64,000 nucleotides of DNA from contig OZ024740.1 in the NCBI GenBank assembly GCA_964016885.1, forward strand, positions 50,530,001 to 50,594,000, read 5' to 3'. Origin of the DNA: Eledone cirrhosa (taxonomy: Eukaryota). Position numbers and translations under genes: made by a program. The notes beneath the pieces were generated by a model. It worked only from the letters and a program-made list of their open reading frames with translations. It was not told the DNA's origin and did no database searches. Shown one piece after another: positions 38,863 through 52,877 of the stretch. Position 1 is the first letter of the stretch; every line of letters begins with the position of its first letter.

Positions 38863-39720
38863 TCTATATATATAAAACTGAGGATGTCTGTCTGTGTGTG
38901 CGTGAGTTTGAATCCCTAAAACTCGAGAACCACCCAACCAACTGTTTTCAAACTTTACACATGTAATACTTGTTTCATGGAGTGTTCTGAGCATTAGGGG
39001 ATTTAGCGATCTCTCTCTCTATAATTCTTAGTCTTTCTCTTTTTAGATAGATACATACATATAACGTCGCGCCCTTATAATATCTGTCTGTATGTCTGGC
39101 TGTCTGCATTACGTCACTTCCCCGAGGATGTCTGTGTGTGTGTGAGTTTGAATCCCTAAAACTCGAGAAATACCCAACCGACTTTTTCAAACTTTACATG
39201 TGTATTACTTATGTTTCAGGGAGTGTTATGCACATAAAAAAATTCAACCTTTTGATACCCTAGGGCCCACATTAGGTGAAAAACTGCGTTGTTTCAGGTT
39301 TTTAGGGCTTTTTTGAGGCGTTACGTCAGACCGATTTCCTTGAAATTGTAACTATGTATTAGTCAGTCTCTTCTTCATACCGTGAGCAAAGAAAATCCAA
39401 CTTTTTATGCCTAGGGCCCGCATTAGGTGAAAAACTTTATTTTTTCAGCTTCTTAGGGTTTCTTTGAGGCGTTACGTCTAGCCAATTTTCCCGAAATTTA
39501 AAGGCATATTATGCACATAAAAAAATTCATTTTATTGATCCCCTAGGGCCCGCATTTTTCCTGCTTCATCGAGGAAAATCTTAAAGATTATCCAGCCATC
39601 AGAGTATTCGGTTTATTTTCTTTACATATTGTCCAGGCATGCAGTTTTTCCACGATTAGGTCTGTTGACGCCCGCGTTCCAAAATACCTTATCCCGTGCA
39701 ACGCCGGATACCACTGCTAG
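38863..39720 (+). mobile_element. Non-autonomous Helitron
   Basis: The 5' end is A|TCTATATATATAAAA. A 3' subterminal hairpin (atcccgtgcaacgccggat) is followed by ...CTGCTAG|T. There is no TSD, and internal duplications occur (38881 vs 39125; 39230 vs 39395 vs 39505). Confidence 0.85.
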
Positions 39721-41243
39721 TAACACATAAAAATATCGCATATATTTCCGTCGCTAATTTTCTCCTAATGCCGTTTATATATAATATCGTCTTTTTTTAA
39801 ATGTATCATGGATTACATTACTGATTACAGAAGACAGTAACATAGACTTCGTTCAATTTCTGTGTATATTGTCAATTATTTGATGCATCATATCTACATG
39901 TATATATATTTGTGTATAATATCAATATACACACTACACATGCTAGCAGAAAACCACCCGTAGGGTGGTTTTTCTGCTAGTAAGGAATACATAACCCTTA
40001 AAACATGTTTGGAATACTACTGACGATAGATAAGGTGTAGTTAAACAAGTTTTAAGGGCGCGAAATAGTTTCAAGTAGGGAAATGAAATAGTGCCTGCCT
40101 TCTTGTCGAGACCTTACCATATCTTGCTCAACTGTATCTTTTCTTAGAGAAAAGTAATATTTTCTTTACTCTCGGCACAAAGTCAAAATTTGTAGGCGAA
40201 GAGTACAGAAAATTATAGGTACATATTTTATCAATACTAGAAGAGGCGAGGGCAAAGCGACCTTGGCGTAATTTCAACAAATATCTTTAAAACTAGAAAA
40301 AACAAACAAAAGACAACATCCCTGAAGCATCTATGATACAGTGATTAGAAACGTATAAGCTTTATGTAGTAATAAATCTTCGACATGTAGTAGTGTCGTT
40401 GGTAGTTTAGTGGTTTCAGGTATTGCCTGTTAGTGTTACCAGTCAGCGATGCGATACAACACACACACACACATCTGTCACTATGGGGTGAGTATTTAAG
40501 GTGTATGTGTGCGTATTACCTCAAACGGTCGTAAATTGTTTATGTTAAATGTGTATATATTATATGTAGTACTTCAGGGCTTGTCCTCGCCGCATGCTAA
40601 CCAACTACATATAGTTTGTAAGATATGCCAGTCTATTCGAGATGAAATGAAGAATCTATTTTTAAACATTCTTTCTACACAATGATTATTAATAGATCCT
40701 AATTCATGAATCGCTGTTTCTGACATGTATCTATGAAATGCTAAGGTTTGACATTAAGAATTATGAAATAAATAAAAGAACGGATGATCAAGTTCATACT
40801 ATCTGTGGGACTGCTATCTGATCAACCCTAACATATTGCATGTTTTATGGTGGTTTTTAATTTAGAAAGTTTACATTCAATGTAGTAAAATTAAGATAAT
40901 CTTCAAACTTTACTTTTAAAACTTAAAAAGCGACCGGCCAGCTTGAATTTAGTTATAACAGAGGTGGCTGAATGGAAAGTATCGATATTTCCTATATATA
41001 ATTTGATACAAACGGAAAACCTATTTTGAATCATTAGGGATTTCTTAAAATGTGTGTTGAACAACACTTGAGAATTATAATATATTTTATAACAGAAAAC
41101 TATGAAGGTAAGTCTGACGGTAACTTCTCAGCAAGTAAGACACAAGAACAAGTGGTTTAGTTCGGTGGTAGAAAACTAGCGCCCTTTGAGGCCTTAAGAA
41201 AGTCATTCTGGAAGAAAAATGGATTGTGCATTAAAGGAAAAGA

Positions 41244-44200
41244 AGTTATATTTATAGTATTCTAAATAGTTATTTGTTTCGTTCGCTATTTTAAAAATGT
41301 AAACATCCGATAAGCGATACCATTGTTGTGTTGTGGCGACACATGTTTTGTACTTAAGATGACTATTTATATCTAAATAAGGAAGTTTTTCGCGTATTAC
41401 TCGAATAATGGTAGATCACAATATCCAGTGATAACAACTATCTTAACATTTGAACTTAATGTTCTCAGGTCTGTTTCAAACCGCGGTTTCCGTGGCGTTA
41501 AGCACAAGATTCTCCTTTGGACAGCTATTACAAACACTCATTTTCGACTAGTATACTTGAGCAACCCAGTCCAAAAATCGAACCCACAGCATTATGAACG
41601 TTAGTTCAACACCCTAACCATTTGGCTACGTACCTTCACGAACTTACTGTTGTAAACTTGTAATTATTGCAAATACAATTGGTAACGAAGATTAACTCTG
41701 ATAATCAGCTAACTAGACTAAGCTGAAGGAATATCATACGTATTTAAATATTGATAATGCTAAAGAAGCAGATGCATGGTCAATGCAATTTAACTGCAAA
41801 CTGCTTATAGATGATACTAAGCCTAAACTGGTTAAGCTAGAATTCCTGACATTAATGCAGTCATCAAACTGAAAGATCTATATTTTACAATTCAAGATTA
41901 TTTATTTGAAGATTTCCACGTATGTTGTTGAAAAGAATAACAAAACAATGAAAGATATCATCCCAATTTTGGGGCCCTGAAGCAAAAACGAAGGGACCTT
42001 CCTACATTTCTTTTTAATTTAGAGTCAAAGCCTTAAATTTTTATGTAAATTTTCTGCAATAAAGATGGCTCAGAAACAGCTTATAACCAAAAGAGTCTAT
42101 TGTGTTCTGACAAAAATAATGATTCGTGATTGTCTAAGAACTTTGACTAGAGTGTATGTCTCATACTTGGTTAGTCTTGTAACGATAGACAGAACTTAGG
42201 TTCACATCCTCCTAAGTTTTATCTTATACAGAGAGAGAAAACTAATAAATTGAGACTTTTCAGCAAGTTTTACAAATCAAAACCGCTGTGTTCTAAATCT
42301 GTTCATGACGTTTACGTTGAAGTTACAATATAAACGTTAAGGACAGATGCCGACGAAGAAATAACTTTATTAATTGTACAACAAATGACAATATGCAACA
42401 GGTTTATTGTAAACTGAATGAATACTCAGTTCAAATGAAGATAGACAATGGTACATTATGCTTCATCATTCCAGCTTCAATGATTGATGACTAGACAGTT
42501 GATACTACAACAGCATTGTTTGATTTTGGAAATAATAATAAAACAACACTTTAGCTTTATTATAGTTGTATAACAAAACCACCTATTTTAAACGTTTCTA
42601 TTTAGATTAAAACCTTCCAACAATTTTTAGTAACTCTTTCTCAAATTCTTCATTAAATAATTAAAATACAAAGTATTTAATAAGAAATATGTTAACAAAA
42701 GTGTTAAGACTTTGGATTAATTGCTGAAGATATTCTGAAAGGTATATTATATTAGTGAGTCTGGTAATTGACTGCCAATAAAATGTTATGGTCAGAAATA
42801 CAATGTTTTCAATATGTCCAGTTTAAGTACACATAAAATATACTGATTGAAAATAAACTTCAATCTTGTAGTAATTAGAATATTAAATCTACGCCGATAT
42901 CCATAGAATTGAGTCAGCAATGGATCACCAATTGTTTGGGTGCAAGAAAAGGTGTTAGGTGAAATATATGTATCAATTACAAAGTACATTTACATTACAA
43001 GTGTCATATTTTTTTTCATTCAACTCTTCTTCTTGAAACAATGTTTACTAATGTACAAAGAGAAAATTTTTTTCTTCAATTGATTTCAAGACTGCTCACA
43101 TGCAGATTGGTTTGGGCGAGGGGTCTAGGATATTGTATGCAATAAATACAATCAATGATCTTTATTTAGTCAATAAACTTCAGAAGGGTCTCAAAAACAG
43201 CAGTTTCACTTTTCAACATTGTATAAGAGTCTATATTATATTGAAAGGAATTAATGGTATCTTTGCAGCAACCCAGAATAAATAACAGGATTGAGAAAAC
43301 AGTTATTGCTAGACTAAAGAATAACACCTCTATTAGCTTAAAAGTATTAATCCTGCACTTTCTATAGATTTCCAAGGAAAGAATATGTTTACAGGATGAG
43401 ATCAAACCATCACATAGCCCAACTCACAATATCTAATGGATTAATGTTTGTAAATCAAAGAAATTGGTAAATATTTGGGGTTGATAAACTATTATTGCTG
43501 AGTTGTACCAACATTTGCGGGCTAATTTGGTCTTTTCTTGCAGAAAAAAAAGTGAATTTCTTTACTTGGGGAATACACCAAAAATTTAAAAGAAAAACTT
43601 TGGAAAGTCTATCACATATGCAAGTCTTTCACTTCATAGTACTTAGAGGAATTGGAGCATTATTAAACATAAAGTCTATCAAATGGTATGTGCTGAAAGC
43701 TGGGGACATTTTCTTTTAGGGAAAACCTTTTACAATGGAGATTGATCATCAGTAAGTGCAATCTTGATTTCTGCAGACAAGTTAATTGATAGATTGTCAG
43801 AAGAGTCCTCATATTACTACAATTATTTCAAAACTATGATGTTCTTAGCAGATTGAACAACGATTCAGATTAGTTTGATAGTGTTCTTTACAAATATATT
43901 ATATTCTGACTTTGGTAATGATAAATACATTTTTGGTAATGCTGACACTTGAAAGTACATTAATTTAAAAACTTATGCCCTTTATGTTTGCTTAAGCATT
44001 GCTGGAAAAGACTGGTCAAGACCAACTCTTTTAGAACAGCAATTTGTCAGCCATACATTTGAACTAACTATAAAGAATGATCTTATCTTTAACAAAAACA
44101 AGTTATTTGTTCCTGAACATTACCATAAAGTTCTTTTGACAATTCATGACACACCCATGGGTGAACAGAAAGCTCTGAAGAAATCAAGGGTCTGTCTTTT

Positions 44201-45570
44201 GTGCTCTAATTTTGGTAGAGATATTAAAGAATTTGTTAGATCTTGTGAAATGTGTGTTAAAATCAGATACAATGGCATCCCTTGTACAGATAAGTGGCCC
44301 AAATCAAAACTTTGGGTAATTATTTATGGACTGGTGATACATACAAAAATGGTGGGAATGTGTTAATTATGGTTGTCTCAGCTTCTACATTTTTTTATGT
44401 CCCAATGGGAGTTCAAAAAACAAGAAAATGTGTATTTTCTAAGTTTTCTAGATTTGGTATTCTAATGACAATGGTTTCAGACAATGGACCAGGATTCATT
44501 CAATTAAATGACTGGTTAACCCTTTAGCATTTAATCTGGCTGTATCCGGCCAGAACTCTCTCACCTCTTTCTGTTCAAACCAGCTGTAGCCAGCCGCCCA
44601 TACTGCTGTTAAAGTATTGTTCTCAAAATAAATAATATCAAAATCTTAGATTCGATATCATGCGAGATAATTATGTGAGGTAAAGCCTTTACTGTGAAAA
44701 TACAATAGTATATATAGAGTAATGCAAATGCTAAAGGGTTAAACCAATTCAGTTGTTAGATAATTGTAAGTTTTACCTCCAGTTCAAAATCCAATGGGGC
44801 AGCAGAAAGAACTATGCAAACAATATAGGTTGTATTAAAAGGTTACAGTTCATAAATGGAAAGTTTAAGTATTTGCTTCAGGTTATTCTCAAGAAGTACA
44901 TCTGGTGCATCCAAGTTATCTCCAGCCAAGAAATTACTTGGCAGACAATTATGGGTAGTAGTGAACCCATTTCTTTTTACAAGTTCAGACAACGGGTATA
45001 TTTACAAGAAGAATATAATGAAATTTCTCTGAGATTCATGCTGACAGAAACAGAAACACAGCCTGGATCAAGTAAGAAGACGTAAAGCTCCAGTTAGAAT
45101 CAATTGAAAAAAAATAGTTCCTAAATATATTTCTCCAAGCAAGTCAACAGCCTCAATCTTTCCAACTAATACTTACTGCTAATATTCAATCTCCAATATC
45201 TCCCATGCTGCCAAAACTACTAACTCATGTTAATTTTCACGACTTAATGAGTAGTAAAATACCACCATGTAGGAGGCCCCAAAAGGAAGCCAGAAAATAT
45301 GACTTATACAATTTCATCTTTTGAGGTTCTGGTAATGTTATATTTATAGTATTCTAGATAGTTGCTTGTTATGTTCTCTATTCTATTCTGTAAATGTATC
45401 TAGTCAACATCTGCACACTGTATTTATCTATCCAGTCTGAAATGGTATTGTTATCCTCACGTTGTGGTGTTGCATGCTTGTGCGTAGTCAAGACTATTTT
45501 AAGGTGACTACCAGTTTTCATGGTGTGCCACTTGGATATTGTTGGTAAATCACTATAACCAGTTTTAACA
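41244..45570 (+). mobile_element. Highly decayed Gypsy-type LTR retrotransposon
   Basis: Diverged LTR-like repeats lie at 41244-41436 and 45336-45570 (TGTTATATTTATAG...TAACA). Coding remnants include a protease-like VQMKIDNGT (~42430), RT IDFKTAHMQIGL..S...AINT...FQHCI (~43080-43280), integrase H.....G...C..C (44136-44260) and FGI..TMVSDNGPGF. Confidence 0.75.
44520..44738. mobile_element. piggyBac-like MITE nested in the Gypsy integrase
   Basis: It reads TTAA|CCCTTTAGCATTT...AAATGCTAAAGGG|TTAA. Confidence 0.88.
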
Positions 45571-45712
45571 GATATTGGAAAGATTTCAACTTACTGTTGA
45601 AATATAATTATCATAAACATGACAGATACATTTTGGTTGATTGCATAGTATTATTCAGTGGCGTGGCATGAAAGAATTCTAGAGTAAGAAAATGGAATGT
45701 TGCATATTTGAT

Positions 45713-46042
45713 GGACAGTAGCTTAGTGGTTAGGGCATCGGGCTTTTAATCATGAGATTGTGAGTTCGATTCTCAGACCGGGATTTGAGTTGTGTTCTTG
45801 AGCAAGACACTTTATTTCACGTTGTTCCAGTTCACTTAACTGTAGAAATAAATTGTGACGTCACTGGTGCCGAGTTGTATCGGCCTTTGCTTTTCCGTTG
45901 GACAACAGGAGAGGGGAGATCGGTATGCATGGGCGACTGCTGGTCTTCCACAAACAACCTTGCCTGGACTTGTGCCATGGAGGGGAACTTTCTAGGTGCA
46001 AATCCCATGGTCATTCGTGACCGAAGGGGGTCTTTATCCTTA
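45713..46042 (+). mobile_element. CORE-type tRNA SINE with a different (non-RTE) tail
   Basis: The head and CORE match 27665 (agcttagtggttag...gagttcgattc...cttgagcaagacacttt), but the 3' half is distinct. Confidence 0.75.
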
Positions 46043-46610
46043 GCCTCAGACATGAATGCAGTATGGCTGAATAATTAAGAAGTTTGCTACACAAGCATAA
46101 GGTTTGATCCCACTACATGGCATCTTAGACAAATGTCATTTACCATAACTTTGGATTGACCCATACCTTTAAATCGACCAATTTCTTTAAATGTAAGAGA
46201 AAATATTTCACAATAAATTAATAAATGAAATCCTCAGAGAAAAAAAATGAGAAATACTTTGTGAAGGAAATGAAACATCAGTTCATAACTATATTTTAAA
46301 CCTAAAAAAACAGCCTATTTTTCAGAAAAGGGGCTATTGTTGACATCCCCAGGAAAGAAAAAGTAGAAAAATAAAACCCTTTATCTCATCAATATATATA
46401 ATCGTTTCTACTTTTGGCACAAGGCCAACAATTTAAAGGGGCGGGAAAAGTCAGTTAAATCAACCCAAATATGTTACTGGCACTTAATTTCATCAACCCT
46501 GTACAGATGAAAGGCAAATCTAACCTAGAAGGGACTTGGAACTATATATAATAATTATTATTGTTATAGTATAGGGAGCCTGAACCGTTTCGATGCCAAA
46601 TTATATTTTT

Positions 46611-46971
46611 GATATTATATTTGGGGAGGGTCATGTTGTCCTAATATTGCCAGAAAAAAAATAGTAAAACACATTCAGTTTGGTTTGGTTTTCGCTTCAG
46701 TAGATTTTTATATTTCTATAAATAATTTAGATGGCGATCAGTGTTTATGATTGACCAACAGTTATAAATATAAATATAGTTTCTCAAAGTTCTTTCGTCA
46801 CACCTATGACATCTTCAGTGATTACAATGTTTCTCCCGTTGTGTTCCTTTTTAAAATTATTTATAGAAATATAAAAATATACTGAAGCGAAAGCCAAACC
46901 AAACTGAGTATGTTTTACCATTTTTTCTGGCAACAGTAGGACAACATGACCCTCCCCGAATATAACAATAT
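46611..46971. repeat. Inverted repeat (~120-bp arms) with a hammerhead-like motif in the spacer
   Basis: 46611-46728 pairs with 46853-46971. On the minus strand, 46783-46822 reads tca-CTGAAGA-t-gtca..tgac-GAAA. Confidence 0.75.
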
Positions 46972-47090
46972 CTGTTTCAACACACGATTTCATATTTAAA
47001 AAAAACTTGCAAAACAAATATATTTTAGATATATTTATTAAAATATTCTTTATGAAGCTTATTAGATTATATTTAATTCAATGAGAATTA

Positions 47091-47280
47091 AATAATTGTT
47101 TCTACTTTTGGCACAAGGCCAGCAATTATCCAGTACATTACTGGTACTTTATTTTATCGACCCCATAAGGATGAAAGGCAAAGTTAACCTCGGCGGGATT
47201 TGAACTCAGAATGGCAAGGGCCGTAACTCTATGCGCCAAAGCATGGCGTCCAACCCTCTACCGATACTGCCAATTCACCG
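47091..47280 (-). mobile_element. Young Meta-type SINE
   Basis: Full-length family match. Confidence 0.9.
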
Positions 47281-50200
47281 AAATAATGCGAATTGACAGT
47301 AACAACAAAATCTTACAGGTAATTCATAATTCTTACTGTAAAAAGAAACAGTAGGAAATAGTGAGGTTGAAATAGCAAGTAAAAACGACAGTTTATATAC
47401 CATTACTATGTGTATAATTAATGTCTGTCTATAGTGTTTATTATTCAAAATAAGTTAATAGTTAAGTTACTTTAACTTTCTCTGGGGTCATATAAAAGCG
47501 GTTTATCTCTTTCATAGCGATATTTCTAATGAAAGACACTGGCTAAAAATAATCAACAATTTGGCGGGATTTAATATTATAACTTCCTTGTTATTAAGTG
47601 TTCTCTCTCATAAAATTATGATAGGTTTTTAGATAAATATATACACTTTAAAACGAATAACTTTGTATCAGAACCAGGAGCGGTTTTAGGTGGTTTGGAA
47701 ACAACAAGGTTAAAAGAACACACACTGAGTGTGCGAATATATGAATACACACACATAAAAATTGTTGAAAGGGGCATAAAAACACATGAATAGACATGTT
47801 TATATACAACTTTATAAACACAAGGCATACCGAAGCAAACAGCAATATTAAAGGGACTTTCTTTAATCTCTAAATAAACGTTCTTTAATACTTTAATTAG
47901 AAATGTTAATTGAAATTACTTGGGGGGTGGTAAATTCGCAACATGTGGAACTTACAGTACATGAGTACTTATGTATAAATGTGTTTGCTTTGTTTAGCCC
48001 CAGGTCAACCCTAACCAGGCCTATGGTCAGAAACATTCTAGCTATGACCAGCACGGTCCAGCCCAGCTTTTTAGAGGTAGTTACGGTCACACATGCCCAT
48101 TTTCATTAAAGAGTATACTTTAAGGGAGATTTTGCAGTTATCTTTTAACAGGTCGTGCGATCCAAAAGGGAGGTTCCTCCTGAGACGGTACATCAGTCCT
48201 AGGTGCAAAGAGGTGGGGTGGCGGTGAGTATCTGACTCCATTCCTTCAACAGGGCTTCCGAAATTTGTATTGGAGGCCTCTCTGCTGGTGTTAAATTTGT
48301 AAACCTGTAAATTATTCTATATCGTCACAGAATTGGGAAAGTTACCTGCAACATGCAAGTACCCAGGACCTCGGTGTCCCTCTCCTACCCCGCTCCATAT
48401 ACAGAGCTAATCATAAGTAACCGAGCAGCCAATGCATTTTTATTGCAAGGTTCACAGATAACTTGAACATCAGGTACAAAATGTATTGATGAATGGGGTC
48501 AGGTTTTCGAAAACTTACTTTAATTATATTTTTTAATTACTTTTGTTTGATGTATTTATAATTTCGTTCTGTATGACCAGAATTTTAGTAAATATTATCT
48601 GGAATTTAAATGTGGGACTGTCCGGTTACTTATGACTCACCTTGTATAAATATTGCAATTTTTTAAATTCAAATTGTTGTTTGATCAACGGAACGTCCTG
48701 ATCGTGAAATTACCGTCAAAGTGGCTGAGCATTTCACTGACACGTGTACTCTTAATGCATATCTCAGGAAGATTCAGCGTGAATCACATGTACAACTCAT
48801 TTTTGTCAGTTGAGTAGACTGAAGCAACTTCAAATAATTTGTCTTGCTTAAAGATACAATGCACAACTGGAAATCGAACTCGAACTTACGGCCTTGCGAT
48901 TTAATAGTTCTATAAAGCATCCTGGGTGTGATACTAGTTCTACTTAACGTTAGAGAAGCCAGAATCTAGCATATTTGAAATCCAGCATTCTTTCGTGGAG
49001 CAGAATAAAAGAGAAATATCGCATTACCAAATAATCTATTTTCCACACATCTGCAGGAATTTTGCTGGCGTCGTTCTTACCAACAGAACATAGTCATGCA
49101 TTTTATGAAATGCATTAAACGTTATTATCCAACTTAATTTAATTTTACATTCATTTAAATCAAATACAATCATTGTCTTTCATACTATTATTATAACCAA
49201 ACATTTAATTTTACATTCATTAAGATCAATTACAATAAGTTTTTTTTACTAATAAACCATTCTGAATTTGCATATACGGATAAGATCATCAGGTACCGTT
49301 CATATTTCATTCCATTGCCTGGAGATTGCTAAATTTCTGTAATACTTAGAGGCTGAAAATGAAAGAATGTCCGGATTTCTTGCGCTTCGTTAAACCTTTG
49401 TATTGACACACTCACGTCAGGTTATAACTTTGGTTTTAAGTACCAAGTTGATGACAAGTATCTATGTCGCAGGTGACATTCTGACAAATCTGTGATCTAT
49501 TTCCTTCCATCAGGTAAGTGAATAAATGCAGTGAAGAATCATGTGTCCCGAAGAAACACCGATGAACTAAAAACTTAAAAGTATATTTGCCTCATTTATT
49601 CGCCGATTCTGTCTTTATAAACATTCCGTCAAATACAACAAATGTAAGGTAATATTTTCTAATATCAAAGCCACTCGTCTTTAGTTTACAACTTGCTCAG
49701 CCTCTTGTAGCTGTGGGCTCTATCCACACCCAAACTATAATTTGGTGTCTCCCAATTTTGTTTTCTCAAAACTTTCTTAATAAATATTCTTCAATGAAAT
49801 TTTGCAGGGATACATATACGATCGCAAGTTTGGTTATGGTTATATTGAGGAAATTTAAAAGTTAAGTTAAAAGGAAAGTTTTTTTCTGGCAATGCCTCAT
49901 TGTAGAAATGGCATTGTTTCAGTATGAAATTATCCTGATTAATATTAATTACCAATATGAAATTGAAAAGCATTAACAAATGGAACTATACAATAATAAA
50001 AAATATTTAAATAAATCAGTCTTAAAATTTCAACATCATAATTGTAATCTACATAATGAAGGGAAATGTTGCAAAATTTCATTAAAAAAAAATGCAATAT
50101 TAAGAAGGTTATGAGAAAAAAAACCGAGACGGTGGTATTAAACTGCACTTTTACCATTAAACTTTTGTCTGTTCACTCAGATCAATGATAGCAAACAAGT

Positions 50201-51254
50201 TTGCAAAGTGTAATGTTACCCCCCCCCCCCCCCACACACACAAAAGTTTTACAATATGGAATGAAGATTACATCGGACAAACGGAAGAAATATATATACA
50301 CACGACAAAGATACATGTAGAAATAGCATTGTCTTTCAGTATAAAATTATCCTGATTAATATTATTAATTACCATTCTCCTGCACTTTAGTACGCTGAGA
50401 CTGATTATATTGAAATAATGAGTAAAAACTTATTTTATATTTTTATATTCAACAGTTTGAATTACAAAAAAACAACAACAACAAAAACAATCCATAATAT
50501 ATTGATACTTTAAAAGCGGTAGTTAGCTGAGATAGTTAAACATCGGATTAAATACGTTTAAATATTGCTGTAGGCTGATCCAGACTTTCATTCTTCCGGT
50601 GTCAATAACATACATACGAGGAGGCCCCAATGCGTTCAGAAGCCAAATTCTCTCACAAATAATTAAAAGGAAGGACTGATTGAATAACGTAGGCCTAGAC
50701 AATAAAGGAAAAGACTTAAGCGACTGAAGTACCTTTGACCATAGATCTGATCGATCAGTTAACATGGAGCTCAGCAAAAACTAGTGATACATCTGAGAAG
50801 TTATATAGACATAGTATATAATAATAGATACACTACATTAATACTTTAATTTGTTAAGCAAAATCACCTTACATTCATTAATTACTGTATGGAGAGAAAT
50901 GGGTTCAGTAATGTTCATACTTTGAGACTGGTCAATCACTTAAAAGGGTGCACTTGGTACAAAGTGATATCAACTACATTGCGTCAATAGCAGCTGTTGA
51001 ATGATGCGAAGCATTACTGACGAGAGAGGAAGGAGGTAACACAAACGTTAGCGTACACACCTAATACTATTTTATTATATAATACAGCCACCCACATGCA
51101 TGTTAGATTAGTGAATGGCTGGTGATAATATAGAACTTCCTAATGTTGTTAATGACAGCAACAGATAAGAGTGTTCAGAAACTGACAAAATTGCTTTACA
51201 GCTATCAATTTTTGTCACCTATACATAAATATCGAGCATACTTGAACATTCATA

Positions 51255-51297
<43 letters not shown>

Positions 51298-52877
51298 AAC
51301 ACACAGCAAACTCAAACATTCATAGCATATATTTATACAAAGTTACAAGCCAGCACTTATACAAATGCATGCACTCATACATAACCTATCTATACTCACA
51401 CGCGAACAATTCCACAAACATATTCAGTTGGGATCGGATGTATTTAATTTAATTTAGCGTGCGTGTAATTAGAAGTACGTGTGTATACATGACAAGAAGT
51501 ATGTGTGAGAATGTAACTGGGTCTGTTTATCATCGATTGCACATGGACAATTGAGTGTGTGTGAGTATACATTTTATGATGTGTATATGTTGATCAGGAG
51601 TGGAATATTTCTGGATTTTTGAAAGTATGGTGTGTATAAATCTGTATATACATGTGTGTATGTATGTATAGATATCCTTTCTTCAATGGAGACGTAAGGG
51701 TGTCGTTGTGATATATAACGTGTGTTAAGCTTTTTTTAAACCACTCGAGGCTTTATCAATTTCTTCCAGAGAGAAAAATCAGTCTCCAGTACTGGACTGG
51801 TGTCTTATTTATCAACCTCGAAGAAATGAAAAGCGAAATTAATTTCAGCGAGATTTGAAATCAGAGCCGGAACGAATAGCGCAAGGTATTCGTTCTTATA
51901 CGACGCTGCTACCTAATGTGTGTGAGTGTTCAGGCCCTTGTAAAACCGCCAAGTCCCAGCCAGATGTGTAATGTAGGTCCCATTTCATATTTCTCGTTAA
52001 GTATTTTAGTAATCAATGTTAAATACACAATTTATGTATGGGTTACAAGTAGATACAGGGTTATGCTGTGTACTAGTAACAGTAAAATCAAAAAAAAACT
52101 AAGGCGAATAAATAAGACACTCAAAATTGTAGCCCCCATGCCAACTAACACACATCCGCCCCATCGGTGATATGTATGTGTGTGTATCAACACATGTATA
52201 TATACACACTGGTCGTCATTAGTAGAAAAAACACGCAAAAATGAGATTTCTTTTTAACATAAACTTCGAGAAATGATAAAGAAGGAATTTCTCTCAGGTT
52301 TCGATAGAATGTAAAGCATACCTATATGGAAAATATCAACATAAATTGATTATAGATATACATCTATGCACTAATACAATTGTGGAACTTTCAAAACAAC
52401 GAAGTGTGGCATTTGAAAAAAAAAGATTACTTCGTTTGTTTGATTTCACTCACGTCACTAATGGCCTTGAGAAAGGCGTGAACGGCACAATAAAAAAAAT
52501 TCCCCTCGTATAAATAAATAAATAAAATAAGACTCCATCCTTTGTATTAGTATGGAACCTTAAAATTAATAACTTTGTTATGGGCCAACTTTACTTTTCA
52601 ACCGTCTGTGTTGTTAAAATAATTACCAGTAATATTTTGATCGGTTATATCAACTATACACCTTTCCTTAGGGGGGGGGGGAATCCTTAGTCTTATGCCC
52701 AAATAAAAGACATTATTGATTTCTTTCATATGCATAAAACCTTATGATTAAGAGGTGAGACAAAACGAGATTGTATGACACTCATACCTTTCCCAACTTC
52801 TTTACTCATCACTTCTATTTTAAAATTTACTTTAAAAGCAGGGTTTTTGTTTTGCGTTATTTTTTCTTTTTACTTAC

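Noticed and set aside
48200-48410. Minus-strand donor/acceptor pair suggesting two exons
   Set aside because: The implied intron is only ~41 nt, and the peptide looks more like a decayed CR1-type LINE end.
49260-49567. Exon-like segments with good splice signals inside PDZ intron 1
   Set aside because: All three frames of 49415-49567 have stops, and inclusion would break the PDZ domain. A non-coding use cannot be supported from sequence alone.
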